From Chloropicon primus (taxonomy: Eukaryota): a stretch of 64,000 bases of DNA. Location: NCBI GenBank assembly GCA_023205875.1, contig CP060755.1:186001-250000 (forward strand), given 5' to 3'. The translations under genes and the position numbers were made by a program. This document shows, piece by piece, positions 33,875 to 42,367 of this stretch. Each line of letters begins with the position of its first letter. Position 1 is the stretch's first letter. Under the pieces are notes generated by a model. That model was not told where the DNA came from and did no database searches. It saw only the letters and a list, made by a program, of their open reading frames with translations.

Positions 33875-33995
33875 CACAGATAAGTCACGAAAGGACGGTA
33901 AGAAAATCACAGTCAATACTGGAAGCACAAAGGCAAGTTCTCCTTTCCACTGAAAGAGAGAAACACGGAGAGAACGGAGACCGGCCACAACTTAC

Positions 33996-34148
33996 CTGTT
34001 AGTTTTCTGCAAAGGTCGTTTCACCGAGTTTGTAAGTTTCTCGGCAGGGTAATTCAGCCCTACCACGACCATTCCACCGTACATGAACGAATACTTCCGC
34101 CCACGCACGGCAGCCCGTACTAACAAACGTATGTGCAACCCTGAGGAG
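33996..34148 (-). ncRNA. Candidate Fanzor omegaRNA scaffold (boundaries approximate; may overlap the ORF 3' end)
   Basis: Directly downstream of the stop codon. Nested stems on the minus strand: TGTTAGT/ACTAACA, GGTCGT/ACGACC, GGTAGGG/CCCTGCC, CCGAG/CTCGG. Confidence 0.6.
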
Positions 34149-36317
34149 TTACACACTTTTTGGTTGACGCAAGTGCTTCAGGAGGACGTTGCGTGCCCCG
34201 TTCACATCCCGACCGCACTTGAAGCCACACTTCTGGCACTTGTACACCTCTGCTCCACCCAGGTTGTCCTTGATGTGTCCGCACCTGCCACAGGTCTTGG
34301 AGGTGTACTCCTCCGTCACGATCGCCAGCTCACTGCCGTGCAAGAGCACCTTGGAAGCCAAGAACGTTCTGAACGCATAGTGCCTCAACGTCAAGAGCGT
34401 GCGAGCCGTCTTCTTCCTGATCACTCGGCGTCTCCCGTTGTTGTTCTTCTTCACCATGTCTTGGGACTTGAACTCCGGGAGGAGGATTGTGTCGAACCTC
34501 CTGCATAGATCGTTGGCTACCTTTTTGTGAAGCTCGTTCGTCAGACCTCGAATTTTCTCCATGCAGGCGTATTGCTGTCTCTTCAAGTCGCGGCGGTCGA
34601 GGTAAGGGAGCTTCACCTTTGGGTCTTTGCGCTCGGAAATGATCTCATCAATCCTCCAGCAGAGGTTGAACAGCCTCGCGAAGCCTCGCTCGCCCTTGGC
34701 ATACTCCCCGACGCCTTCTTGCGGCGAGTACGACGTCTGAAAGGTCCTGACTCCCGGATCCAGGGCGACAACCTTCCGCTTGTTCTCAGGCTTCAGGGGT
34801 GGCAGGCGATCCCATGGCGTCGCGATGGGAATGTGCATGTGGAACTGCCCAAGGCGATTTCTTGTGATCTTCACGGCACCCTCGATCTTGCCCCCGGGGA
34901 TCTCCTCCGTCAAGTACAGGGGCCCGCCGGCCATCTTCTTCTTGAACACCTCCAGCTTGGTCCACTTGCGTCGTTTCTTGTGCTTCGTATCATCCTTGTG
35001 CCTCGTGTTTGGCCTTTCGATCGTCTCCACGTTCTTTAACTCTCTTGCATCAATTTCAATAGTCCAAGAGCTCGGTTGCTGACGTTGACGATACTTGAGA
35101 ACGAAGCGGTGCCCCTTCTCCTCGCCGCGCTCCTTCATCGCTTCCTGCTTCGCGGTGTTCGAATCCCATGCCTTGATGAGACTTCGCACGGCAGCTTGTC
35201 TGATGGCACAGGGGGTTTCCTTCAGCCAAGGATGCTTCTGATTCACAAAGGCCCCGCTAACGTAGTCCCGGTCCTTGCCCACTTGGATGCGAAAAGCTCT
35301 GCCTCCAATTTGGCTCTCGAGTCTCTTCTCTCTGGCCGCGAAAAGCTCTGCCTCCTGTTTTGTCCATGGCCGTGGAGAGCATTGGATTTCTTTCAGCTCT
35401 TTCTCCAGGCCCTCAAAGACCTCAGGGCGTCGCGGTTTGGCCGTCACAAATCTGTCCAGCAGGACGGTCCAAACCAGCGGAAAACCCTCCTTCTTGACCG
35501 CCTCCAAACACTTGTTGTATGTGAAACGCGCAGCTCCCATCCAGTTGCAAAGTGTTCTCGCCTGCTCAGGGTTCAAGCGCATCCTAAGCTTCCTCGTCCG
35601 CATCACCGTTCGCTCCGACAATAGCTTGGAGGTCTTCAGTTTCTGCTCCCTCTTCCTTTTGGCGGGCGACTGCAATGTCTCGACGGATACCACAGAATCT
35701 TCTGGAAGGTTCAAGCACGACCTCCATCCCGTCTTCGGACACTTTACCTCTACAAGTTCTCTCTTGATCGATGAGAACCAGGTCTTCTTCACGCTGTCGT
35801 CCGCCAAGCCACCCGGCTGCTTCCCTGCTTTCTTCCCCCTCTTGTTCTTCTTCTTCTTACCCTTCTTCTTGTTCTTCTTCTTGCCCTTCTTGCGAGGCTT
35901 CTTGCGAGGCTTGCCTGACGAGCTCGAACTCTCACCCGCAGAGGCGTCCGCCTCCGGCGGACGCCCCTTCCGCTTCCCCCCCCGCTTCTTGCGAGGCGTG
36001 CTCGAACCCTCCTCGAAAGCAGAGGCGGGGTCGTCCAGCGGCTTCCCCTTCCGCTTCCCCCCCCGCTTCTTGCGAGGCGTGCTCGAACCCTCACCCGCAG
36101 AGGCGGGGTCGTCCGCGATAGGAAGCAGGCACAACGCGTAGAGCCAGGCTAAACCCTGATTCCAGAACCGACGTAACGGCTCCGTCGTCGGAGACTCCTG
36201 CCCCGACTTCGAAGCGCCCTGAGCATGACTCTCGCCAGAGTGCGACCTCCTTGTGGAACTCGTCGAGCCACTCCCCTGCTTCTCCTTTTTCTTACGGCGC
36301 TTCCCTGATCGCGCCAT
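34149..36317 (-). CDS. Fanzor2 / IS607-type TnpB-like RNA-guided endonuclease, 722 aa
   Basis: OrfB HTH RTRKLRMRLNPEQARTLCNWMGAARFTYNKCL; RuvC-I VALDPGVRTF; ILLPEF (Pro at the canonical Glu position) with alternative Glu in VTEEYTSKTC; zinc ribbon CGRC..CQKC; RuvC-III RDVNGARN. Confidence 0.93.
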   Translation of the reverse strand: MARSGKRRKKKEKQGSGSTSSTRRSHSGESHAQGASKSGQESPTTEPLRRFWNQGLAWLYALCLLPIADDPASAGEGSSTPRKKRGGKRKGKPLDDPASAFEEGSSTPRKKRGGKRKGRPPEADASAGESSSSSGKPRKKPRKKGKKKNKKKGKKKKNKRGKKAGKQPGGLADDSVKKTWFSSIKRELVEVKCPKTGWRSCLNLPEDSVVSVETLQSPAKRKREQKLKTSKLLSERTVMRTRKLRMRLNPEQARTLCNWMGAARFTYNKCLEAVKKEGFPLVWTVLLDRFVTAKPRRPEVFEGLEKELKEIQCSPRPWTKQEAELFAAREKRLESQIGGRAFRIQVGKDRDYVSGAFVNQKHPWLKETPCAIRQAAVRSLIKAWDSNTAKQEAMKERGEEKGHRFVLKYRQRQQPSSWTIEIDARELKNVETIERPNTRHKDDTKHKKRRKWTKLEVFKKKMAGGPLYLTEEIPGGKIEGAVKITRNRLGQFHMHIPIATPWDRLPPLKPENKRKVVALDPGVRTFQTSYSPQEGVGEYAKGERGFARLFNLCWRIDEIISERKDPKVKLPYLDRRDLKRQQYACMEKIRGLTNELHKKVANDLCRRFDTILLPEFKSQDMVKKNNNGRRRVIRKKTARTLLTLRHYAFRTFLASKVLLHGSELAIVTEEYTSKTCGRCGHIKDNLGGAEVYKCQKCGFKCGRDVNGARNVLLKHLRQPKSV
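35888..36116 (-). repeat. 81-bp in-frame tandem repeat (~2.5 copies) encoding basic NLS-like DDPASA.E.SSTPRKKRGGKRKG
   Basis: 35964-36036 is nearly identical to 36045-36116, with a third degenerate copy. Confidence 0.9.
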
Positions 36318-36492
36318 GACTGTTAGCTGCTACTGCAAGGGTTTCACTCGCTGCCCTCCTCGTAACTCCTCGTAACTATAGATTTGCCTTGTCCAGCAAG
36401 TGAGAACACGAAAAAACGCTTAGTGGGTTGTCCTTTGGGTGTGACCAAACTGGTATACACTGGAATCCCACCAACAGGGGAAAACCTCCAAC

Positions 36493-38509
36493 ATGGGGAG
36501 CGCGGGAGGAGAGACAGAGACTTGTGATGATGACGAAGGTGATGGCGAGAGGCTCGGGGCGGAGGAGGGGTGTGGAGTCTTCCTTGGGGTCGGCAGCCTC
36601 CACGGCGACCTCGACTTCCTCAGGATGGACCTCGAGGATCGCTCGAAGCAGACTCTGGAAGCCCTCAACAAGCTCGAGGAAGCCCACCAGAGGACCGAGG
36701 CGGAGAAGGGGGAGATCACGGACAGGTACAACAAGCTGGTGGAGACCGAGCGTAAGCTTCACCTCCCAGACCTTAGGAACGCGCTCTCGTCCGCCACGGC
36801 GAAGGTGGCCAAGTACGAGAAGTCGCTCGAGCAGAGCCAGAAGATCATCGCCCAAGTCACCGCGGACAACCTCGTCTTCCTGACCAAGTTCAAAGACGCG
36901 GAGGAGAAGTTTAGGGAAAGCGAGATGAGAAGGGAGGAGCTCCAGGTCATGGTCGACGAGCAGAAGGGCCCTTGGTTCGACAAGGTGAGGGGGGATATTC
37001 AACAGCAGGTTGAGAGCGACTGGCAAAAGATCCACAACCTTGAGAACGAGCTCTCCGCAGCAGAGCTCGAGTCGAAGAAAGAGATCAATCGACTGCAAGA
37101 GAAAGTGGAGGGCCTGAGCTCCGAGAACGAGGAGTTGCAAAAGGTCAAGGGCAGCATGGAGGAGAGGATCAAAAGCTTGAAGGAAAAGCTGAGGCAAAGG
37201 GAGGAGAAGGACATCAAGGCTGCTACAGACTTTGAATCACTGAACCAGCTGCTCAAGGACAACTTGGCGGAGAACAAGGTATTGAGGGAGACGATTAACG
37301 ACGAGCGGCACACGATCGCAGATCTGACGCTCGAGTCCCAGGACCAGAAGCACGTGATCGAGCAGCTGAAGAGCGACCTGAAGTTCGACAGGGTCACCTT
37401 GCAGGAACTCAGGGTGAACTTGCAGAAAGAGAAGTGGGCCCTCGAGACTCAGAGGCGCATCAACAAGGAACTGATGAGCAGGAAGGAGGAGATGGAATGG
37501 AGGCTCATGGAGTTCCAAGTTGGGGGAGGGGAAGGGAAGAGTGCCGAGGACTCGAACGCTGACCTGGCTGCAATGAGGGAGGAGGCTGGGACAGGAGGCC
37601 GGCAGGAGAGTCATTCCAGACCTTCTGCGAACTCTGCCGAGAAGCAGCCGGAGGCAGTGGCCCTCGGAAAGACGACGCGGTCAAAAGCGACTTCTCGTAC
37701 AAGGTTGTAGAGAAGGAAAAGAAGGTGGAGGAACAAGTCGTGGAGAGGAAATCCCCGGTTTCCGCGAGGAGGTTTGCGAGCCCTCCGGGAAAGATGATAC
37801 GCAGGAAGGCTCGGTACCTGCTGGCCTGACGGAATCCAACTTGAAACGCCACATACAGGGAGAGAAAGCCTCGAAAGCTTCGAAAGCTTCAAGTGAAGCG
37901 AGTGGCAAAGCCGCGAAGGGGGAAAGATTGACTATTGAGGAGCTCGAGGACAACATAGCAACCTCGAAAGACAAGCACGCAGAGCTGCTACAAGCATTCT
38001 TTCCTGCACAAAGTGAGAAGAGGATCGAAGAGAACCCTCTGCAAGTCCACCAGAGACTGGTCCAAAAGATAATTGGCGACGATACTTACGTCCCTGTGAG
38101 TCACAGCGTTCCTTCGGGCGAGATTTCTTCCGCGGATGCCACGATAGCGAGCATGCTCCGAGAGAGCATAACGGAAAACTCGAGCATAGGGGAACTTGAG
38201 GCCTCCATCGCGTTGGCCAAGAGCGAGTACAGCAAGATGATGGATAACTTCTCTAACCTCGTGGACAACTTGAAGAATGAGTCGGCCAGCCCTGGGCTGG
38301 AAACGATGCCCGTCCTGCCGGAAAGCATACAGAAAATGGCCGAGGAACAATTTGTGGAGCACTGGCAGATTGCGGACGGCAACCACTCCGAAACAAAGGA
38401 GTCGATCCAAGCCAGCGAGATCAAAGTCAGCGAGTGGCTGGACAATAAGATAAGCGAAGAGTGGAACAAGCAGTTCATGCCTGGATACCAGGAAGGGGAC
38501 GAAAGTTAG
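36493..38509 (+). pseudogene. Chimeric coiled-coil ORF, frameshifted in this assembly
   Basis: ATG is formed at the element/copy junction. The frame stays open through the fusion into the coiled-coil frame and is broken only by two homopolymer deletions. Confidence 0.6.
36494..36638 (+). repeat. Exact copy of 13262-13406 (5' end of the Dabb-like gene)
   Basis: Base-for-base match at constant offset 23232. Confidence 0.95.
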
Positions 38510-38813
38510 CTTGGTGAAAACATTTTGTACAGCAGTCTAGGATTGAAAGATACAAATAACTTTTTTTTTCAGGTCGCATCCTCCACATCCTTCTCGTCCA
38601 CTTTGACAATCTGGCTGTCATCAGAAATGCTCCCCAAGTCCTCCTCCAGCTCGTTAATGTAGTCGTCAAGGTTCTCGTCGTCGTCGTCGTCGTCGTTCAC
38701 TCCGTCCCCTTCTTCGTCAGACATGTCCTTGTTCGCCAGGACGCTCTCTAGATAAGCCTCCAAATCATCCGACAAGTCATCTGCCACCTCCCCTTCGCTC
38801 TCGCACCCGGGTC
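36627..38813 (+). repeat. Near-identical copy of 19014-~21212 (3' part of the coiled-coil gene plus 3' end of the BSD gene)
   Basis: Differences seen: two 1-nt deletions in C runs (~37661, ~37753), one G>A (20370 vs 37981) and a ~10-nt deletion at the far end. Confidence 0.95.
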
Positions 38814-38836
38814 CACCTGTCCTTCGAGATTTTGAA
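38812..38836. repeat. Right copy of the 25-bp direct repeat
   Basis: Identical to 33850-33874. Confidence 0.92.
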
Positions 38837-38917
38837 TGAAAAGGATTCCGAGGGGGCCAAGCCGCTGCACGAGGCGGAGACGCAGACCTGGGACCTCCAC
38901 GGGGGCACCGAGGGGGG

Positions 38918-40060
38918 GTGAGGATGGAGGAGAGAGGGTTTGCGTTTGCGGTGACCAAGTACGTGGAGGCGCCAGTGGAGTGGTTGGCGAGGGCACCGTG
39001 CTCACCGAGAGAGGCGTTGTTGATCCTAAACACCGCATCGAGGGCAAGGTGCTTCGAAAAAACTTTTCAAGTCTACGTGGAGTTGGCCAAGAGGAAGAAG
39101 GGCTTGGATGGGGCTTGGAGGAGGGTGGCTGGGTTGAAGGACCTCGAGACGAACGCGATGTTCCACTTTCTGTCCGAGATGCTCCGCGCCTCCAAGGAGG
39201 CTCGGATAAAGGTGTTAGAGGACCTATCCGAGACAACGGACGCGCTCGTGCAGTACTCGGAGGAGCTCTCCAAGTTCTCGAACGTGAACCGGGCATCCGC
39301 GGAGCGGCTGAAGAGGCGGAGCAGGTCGGTGGGCGACGAGGCGATGCGGAAGGCGCTCGAGGAAGAGTTCTTCGGCCGGCACACGCTGGCAGAGTGCGAG
39401 AGGGAGATCGCGAAAAGGATCAAGGACATCACCCAAGTGTCGTGCGGGGGGGAGGGCCAGAAGGTGTCGAGCCTCGAGAGCCTGTCGGACTTCCTTCACG
39501 ACCTAGAGAGTCGTCACGGGGTCAAGGTCGCCGGCAAGGGCCCGGAGGAGGTTCCGGACAGCCAAGAGGACAGGGAATGGGGCGGGCCAGACACCCTGAC
39601 CGTGAGGGGAGGGATCCAAGCGGCGAAGAGGCAGAGGGTCTCCGAAACGCCGACCCCGCCTTTCCACTCGGGCACCCTGGCGTCGAACTCATCCGACGAC
39701 AGTAGGAAGACCCCGAACCTCACGCCAAACCAGACGGCAGTGCTGAGGCCCCGAGGGACTTCTTCTCAGCCGGCCGAGTCTCCCCTCGGCCGAGGCAACG
39801 CCAAGAAGTTGGACTCCAACTCGAAGCAAGGGAGGTCGCCCTGGGCCACGCCCGGAACGCGGAGGGGGAAGGACGCAGGCGAGAGGAAGGGGAAGAAGGC
39901 CAAGGTTGGGGAGGTTGCGGCGGAGGTCGGTTGCGTCTTGAACTTTGACGACGCTGAGATGGCAAACGCGAAGCCCCCCAAAAAAGTGAAGCGGGCGAGC
40001 CTCTCCAACTCGGCGAGCCTGGGGGTGACCCCCTCGCCCACGCTGACCGCCAGCACCTGA
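38918..40060 (+). CDS. Hypothetical protein; its probable 5' end (ATG 33822) is separated by the insertion
   Basis: 380-aa ORF with host-like codon usage. The reconstructed empty site gives an N-terminal extension. Confidence 0.65.
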   Translation: MRMEERGFAFAVTKYVEAPVEWLARAPCSPREALLILNTASRARCFEKTFQVYVELAKRKKGLDGAWRRVAGLKDLETNAMFHFLSEMLRASKEARIKVLEDLSETTDALVQYSEELSKFSNVNRASAERLKRRSRSVGDEAMRKALEEEFFGRHTLAECEREIAKRIKDITQVSCGGEGQKVSSLESLSDFLHDLESRHGVKVAGKGPEEVPDSQEDREWGGPDTLTVRGGIQAAKRQRVSETPTPPFHSGTLASNSSDDSRKTPNLTPNQTAVLRPRGTSSQPAESPLGRGNAKKLDSNSKQGRSPWATPGTRRGKDAGERKGKKAKVGEVAAEVGCVLNFDDAEMANAKPPKKVKRASLSNSASLGVTPSPTLTAST

Positions 40061-40108
40061 CACGTCCTGGACGCTGAGTCGTGATTGTACAAAAAGCCTT
40101 ATAAATAG

Positions 40109-40859
40109 TTATGTAAACAAAGTTGCCAGATCGCCGTCCTGATTCTCGCCCTCTCCACTGGCGTCCAACCAGTCCCCTCTGTTCCTTCTCTCCTCCCTCT
40201 CCCTCTTCACTTCCTCCGGGTCCACGCACACGCCCCGCTTCGTCTGGCGCCTGGGTCTTTCGCCCAGCACGTACTTGTAGCCTTCCCTCTCGGTCTCCGT
40301 GTAGTTGGCCCACACGCCAAAGTGGTGGAGCACAATGCTTCCAGCCACCGTGACGTTCAAGGACGCCGTCCCATTCCCGTGCTGAGGTATGTACACGAAC
40401 CCGTCGCATATCTCCATCTGATTCTCCGTCATTCCGTCGCCCTGCGTCAGCACAAAACCAAACCAAAAAGAAAAATTTAGTACCAATCATCCCACCCAAA
40501 GGCGTCGTCGGGCTTCGCGAACTCACCTCGTTTCCAAGCATGAATGCCGTGTTTCCCTCAAATGGATGGTCGTGCACCGCCTTTGCCCCTTCCACGATCT
40601 CCACGCCAAGAATTCTGCACCCGCATTCCTCCTTCAAGTACCCCCTCACTTTCTCCAAGCTCTCAAAGTGCTTCAGCTTGATGTAGTTCACCGACCCGTG
40701 GTTCCCAAACGTGTTGAACCGATTCGAGCCCACGAGGCATATCTCGTGGACCCCAAACGCGACCGCAGACCGAGCAAGCGTACCTATGTTGTGCTTCTTG
40801 CTCACGTTGTGCACAATCAGGTAGCACTTTGCCTGTTCCTGTCTCGTCGTCGCCTCCAT
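40109..40859 (-). CDS. SpoU/TrmH-family RNA 2'-O-methyltransferase; one intron (~40443-40526)
   Basis: VHNVSKKHNIGTLARSAVAFG, AFMLGNE|GDG, FVYIPQHG.GTASLNVTVAGSIVLHHF. Confidence 0.92.
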
Positions 40860-40940
40860 CCCTTCCCTTCCCTTCGCCTGCGGACCTCCTACGCGTTCGG
40901 TTCCCTCCAAACCAACCCACCCTCGGTCGAGTGACGGTAT

Positions 40941-40980
40941 GTCGTGTCGTGTCGTGTCGTGTTGTGTCGTGTCGTGTCGT
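40941..40980. repeat. (GTCGT)n pentanucleotide microsatellite
   Basis: About 8 tandem units. Confidence 0.9.
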
Positions 40981-41156
40981 ACCCAATGAATCCTCCTCGC
41001 GACACTACTCGCGCCCCCAAGAACAAGAGGTCCGAGGTATGCCCCTCAAGACTCTGTCCCTTGGCCAAGCCGATCGATCTGAGAAACCCGAGCGAGAGCG
41101 AGCGAGCGTGGCGTCTCTCGCGCGGGGAGCTGCAGACTTTGGTGTTGTGAAGGAGG

Positions 41157-42235
41157 ATGAGGAGGGTGGGGACGAGGGTGGGGACGGGTGTGTGTGGTGG
41201 GAGGCTATCGATCGGTGTGGTGGCACGGTGGGCGTCGCGTGAGGGGACCCAACGGGTGGCGCAACCCGGTCGCTTGCTGCTCCGGGAAGGGACGAGGAGG
41301 GTCAGTTGTGGAGCGAAGAAGAAGAAGAAGGGGGGCGGGAAAAAGGGGGGCGGGAAAAAGGTCTCCGCGCTCGATGCCGTCCTCAAGAAGAAGGAGAACG
41401 AGGCGGAGGACGAGGTGGCTGCCGCGCACACGAGCGTGGACACCGTCATGGTAAGCAGGGTGCCCATTCTTGTGGGGAGGACCCCCCTTGGCTTGGACTC
41501 TCCCTCTCCGTCGTCCTGACTCTATTTCCCTTCCTTTCCTCTAACGAAACCTTCCACTAGTGGCTCCTCCTCGTCGTGGAGTCCTTCACGAAGGCTTTGG
41601 GCAGAACCCTGCTGGAGGAGCAGTGCAGCATCACCGAAATCGCGGACAAGGTCTACGAGGCGCCCTTCGTCCTCCTCAGTCACGTCTACGGCGAGGGCGG
41701 CGAGGGCGTGCGCGAGCACAAGTTCAATTACGCGAACAGGCGGGCCCTCGAGCTGTGGGAGACGGAGTGGGCCGACCTGGTGGGAAAGCCGTCCAGCGTG
41801 TCGGGGGAGGACGCGGAGGAAATCCAGTCGGATCGCGACGAGCTCCTGCTCGAGTGCAAGGAGAAGGGCTTCGTGGAGGGCTACGAGGGCTGGAGGATCT
41901 CCGCCAAGGGGAAGAAGTTCTTCGTCAAAGGCGCGACGCTGTGGGAAGTGAAGAGCTCCGGAGGAGAGAGCGTGGGCCAGGCGGTCGTGCTCACGGAGTG
42001 GGAGGACGAGGAGGGAGCGGCGTTCAGCACGCTGGACGGCGCGGAGGCCGCCGCCGAGTCCCCGGGACCCGCGCTGAGCGTGGAGGAGGCCCAGAAGGCG
42101 GTGAAGGAGCAGGGCGACGTGGTGAGGGACCTCAAGGCCTCCGGGCTGACGAACGGGGACGAGGAGGTGCAGGAGGCGGTGCGAGTCCTTCTGGAGAGAA
42201 AGGCGGACCTGGAGAGGCTGCAGCCGTCGGGGTGA
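41157..42235 (+). CDS. MEKHLA (PAS-like) domain plus C-terminal WHEP domain protein; intron 41451-41560
   Basis: YEAPFVLLSH...FNYANRRALELWE..W..L.G.PS...GFVEGYEGWRISAKGKKF; WHEP-like VKEQGDVVRDLKA...VQEAVRVLLERKA.L. Confidence 0.82.
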
Positions 42236-42367
42236 GGCCGAACGAGCAAGCGAACAAAGGCCTACGTTTTTCGTTTTTACATTTACTAGTGTTTCAAAGG
42301 CTTGGCGATACTGTACAGTCTTGTCTTGTGCTCCAGCACTGTCAAAAAAGTTCTTGGCAAAATTTTT

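Larger units (their letters stand above)
33875..38811 (-). mobile_element. Composite 4,937-bp insertion: non-autonomous Fanzor element plus captured host sequence
   Basis: Bounded by exact 25-bp direct repeats. Contains the Fanzor ORF, a structured 3' region and duplicated neighbouring loci; no transposase ORF seen. Confidence 0.8.

Noticed and set aside
34149..36317. Cas12/CRISPR system or bacterial contamination
   Set aside because: No repeat-spacer array or cas genes in the window; the flanks are spliced eukaryotic genes and the protein has NLS-like tracts.
34143..36371. 10-bp inverted repeat GAGGAGTTAC (34143-34152) / GTAACTCCTC (36362-36371) as TIRs
   Set aside because: Short, overlaps the stop codon, excludes the putative omegaRNA and has no TSD; may be chance.
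33875..38811. Autonomous transposon with a TnpA (serine recombinase, Y1 or DDE)
   Set aside because: No ORF with transposase motifs; the non-Fanzor content is copied host DNA.
38569..39033. 154-aa minus-strand ORF ending in the BSD gene's acidic tail
   Set aside because: By-product of the duplication junction; it lacks the BSD domain.
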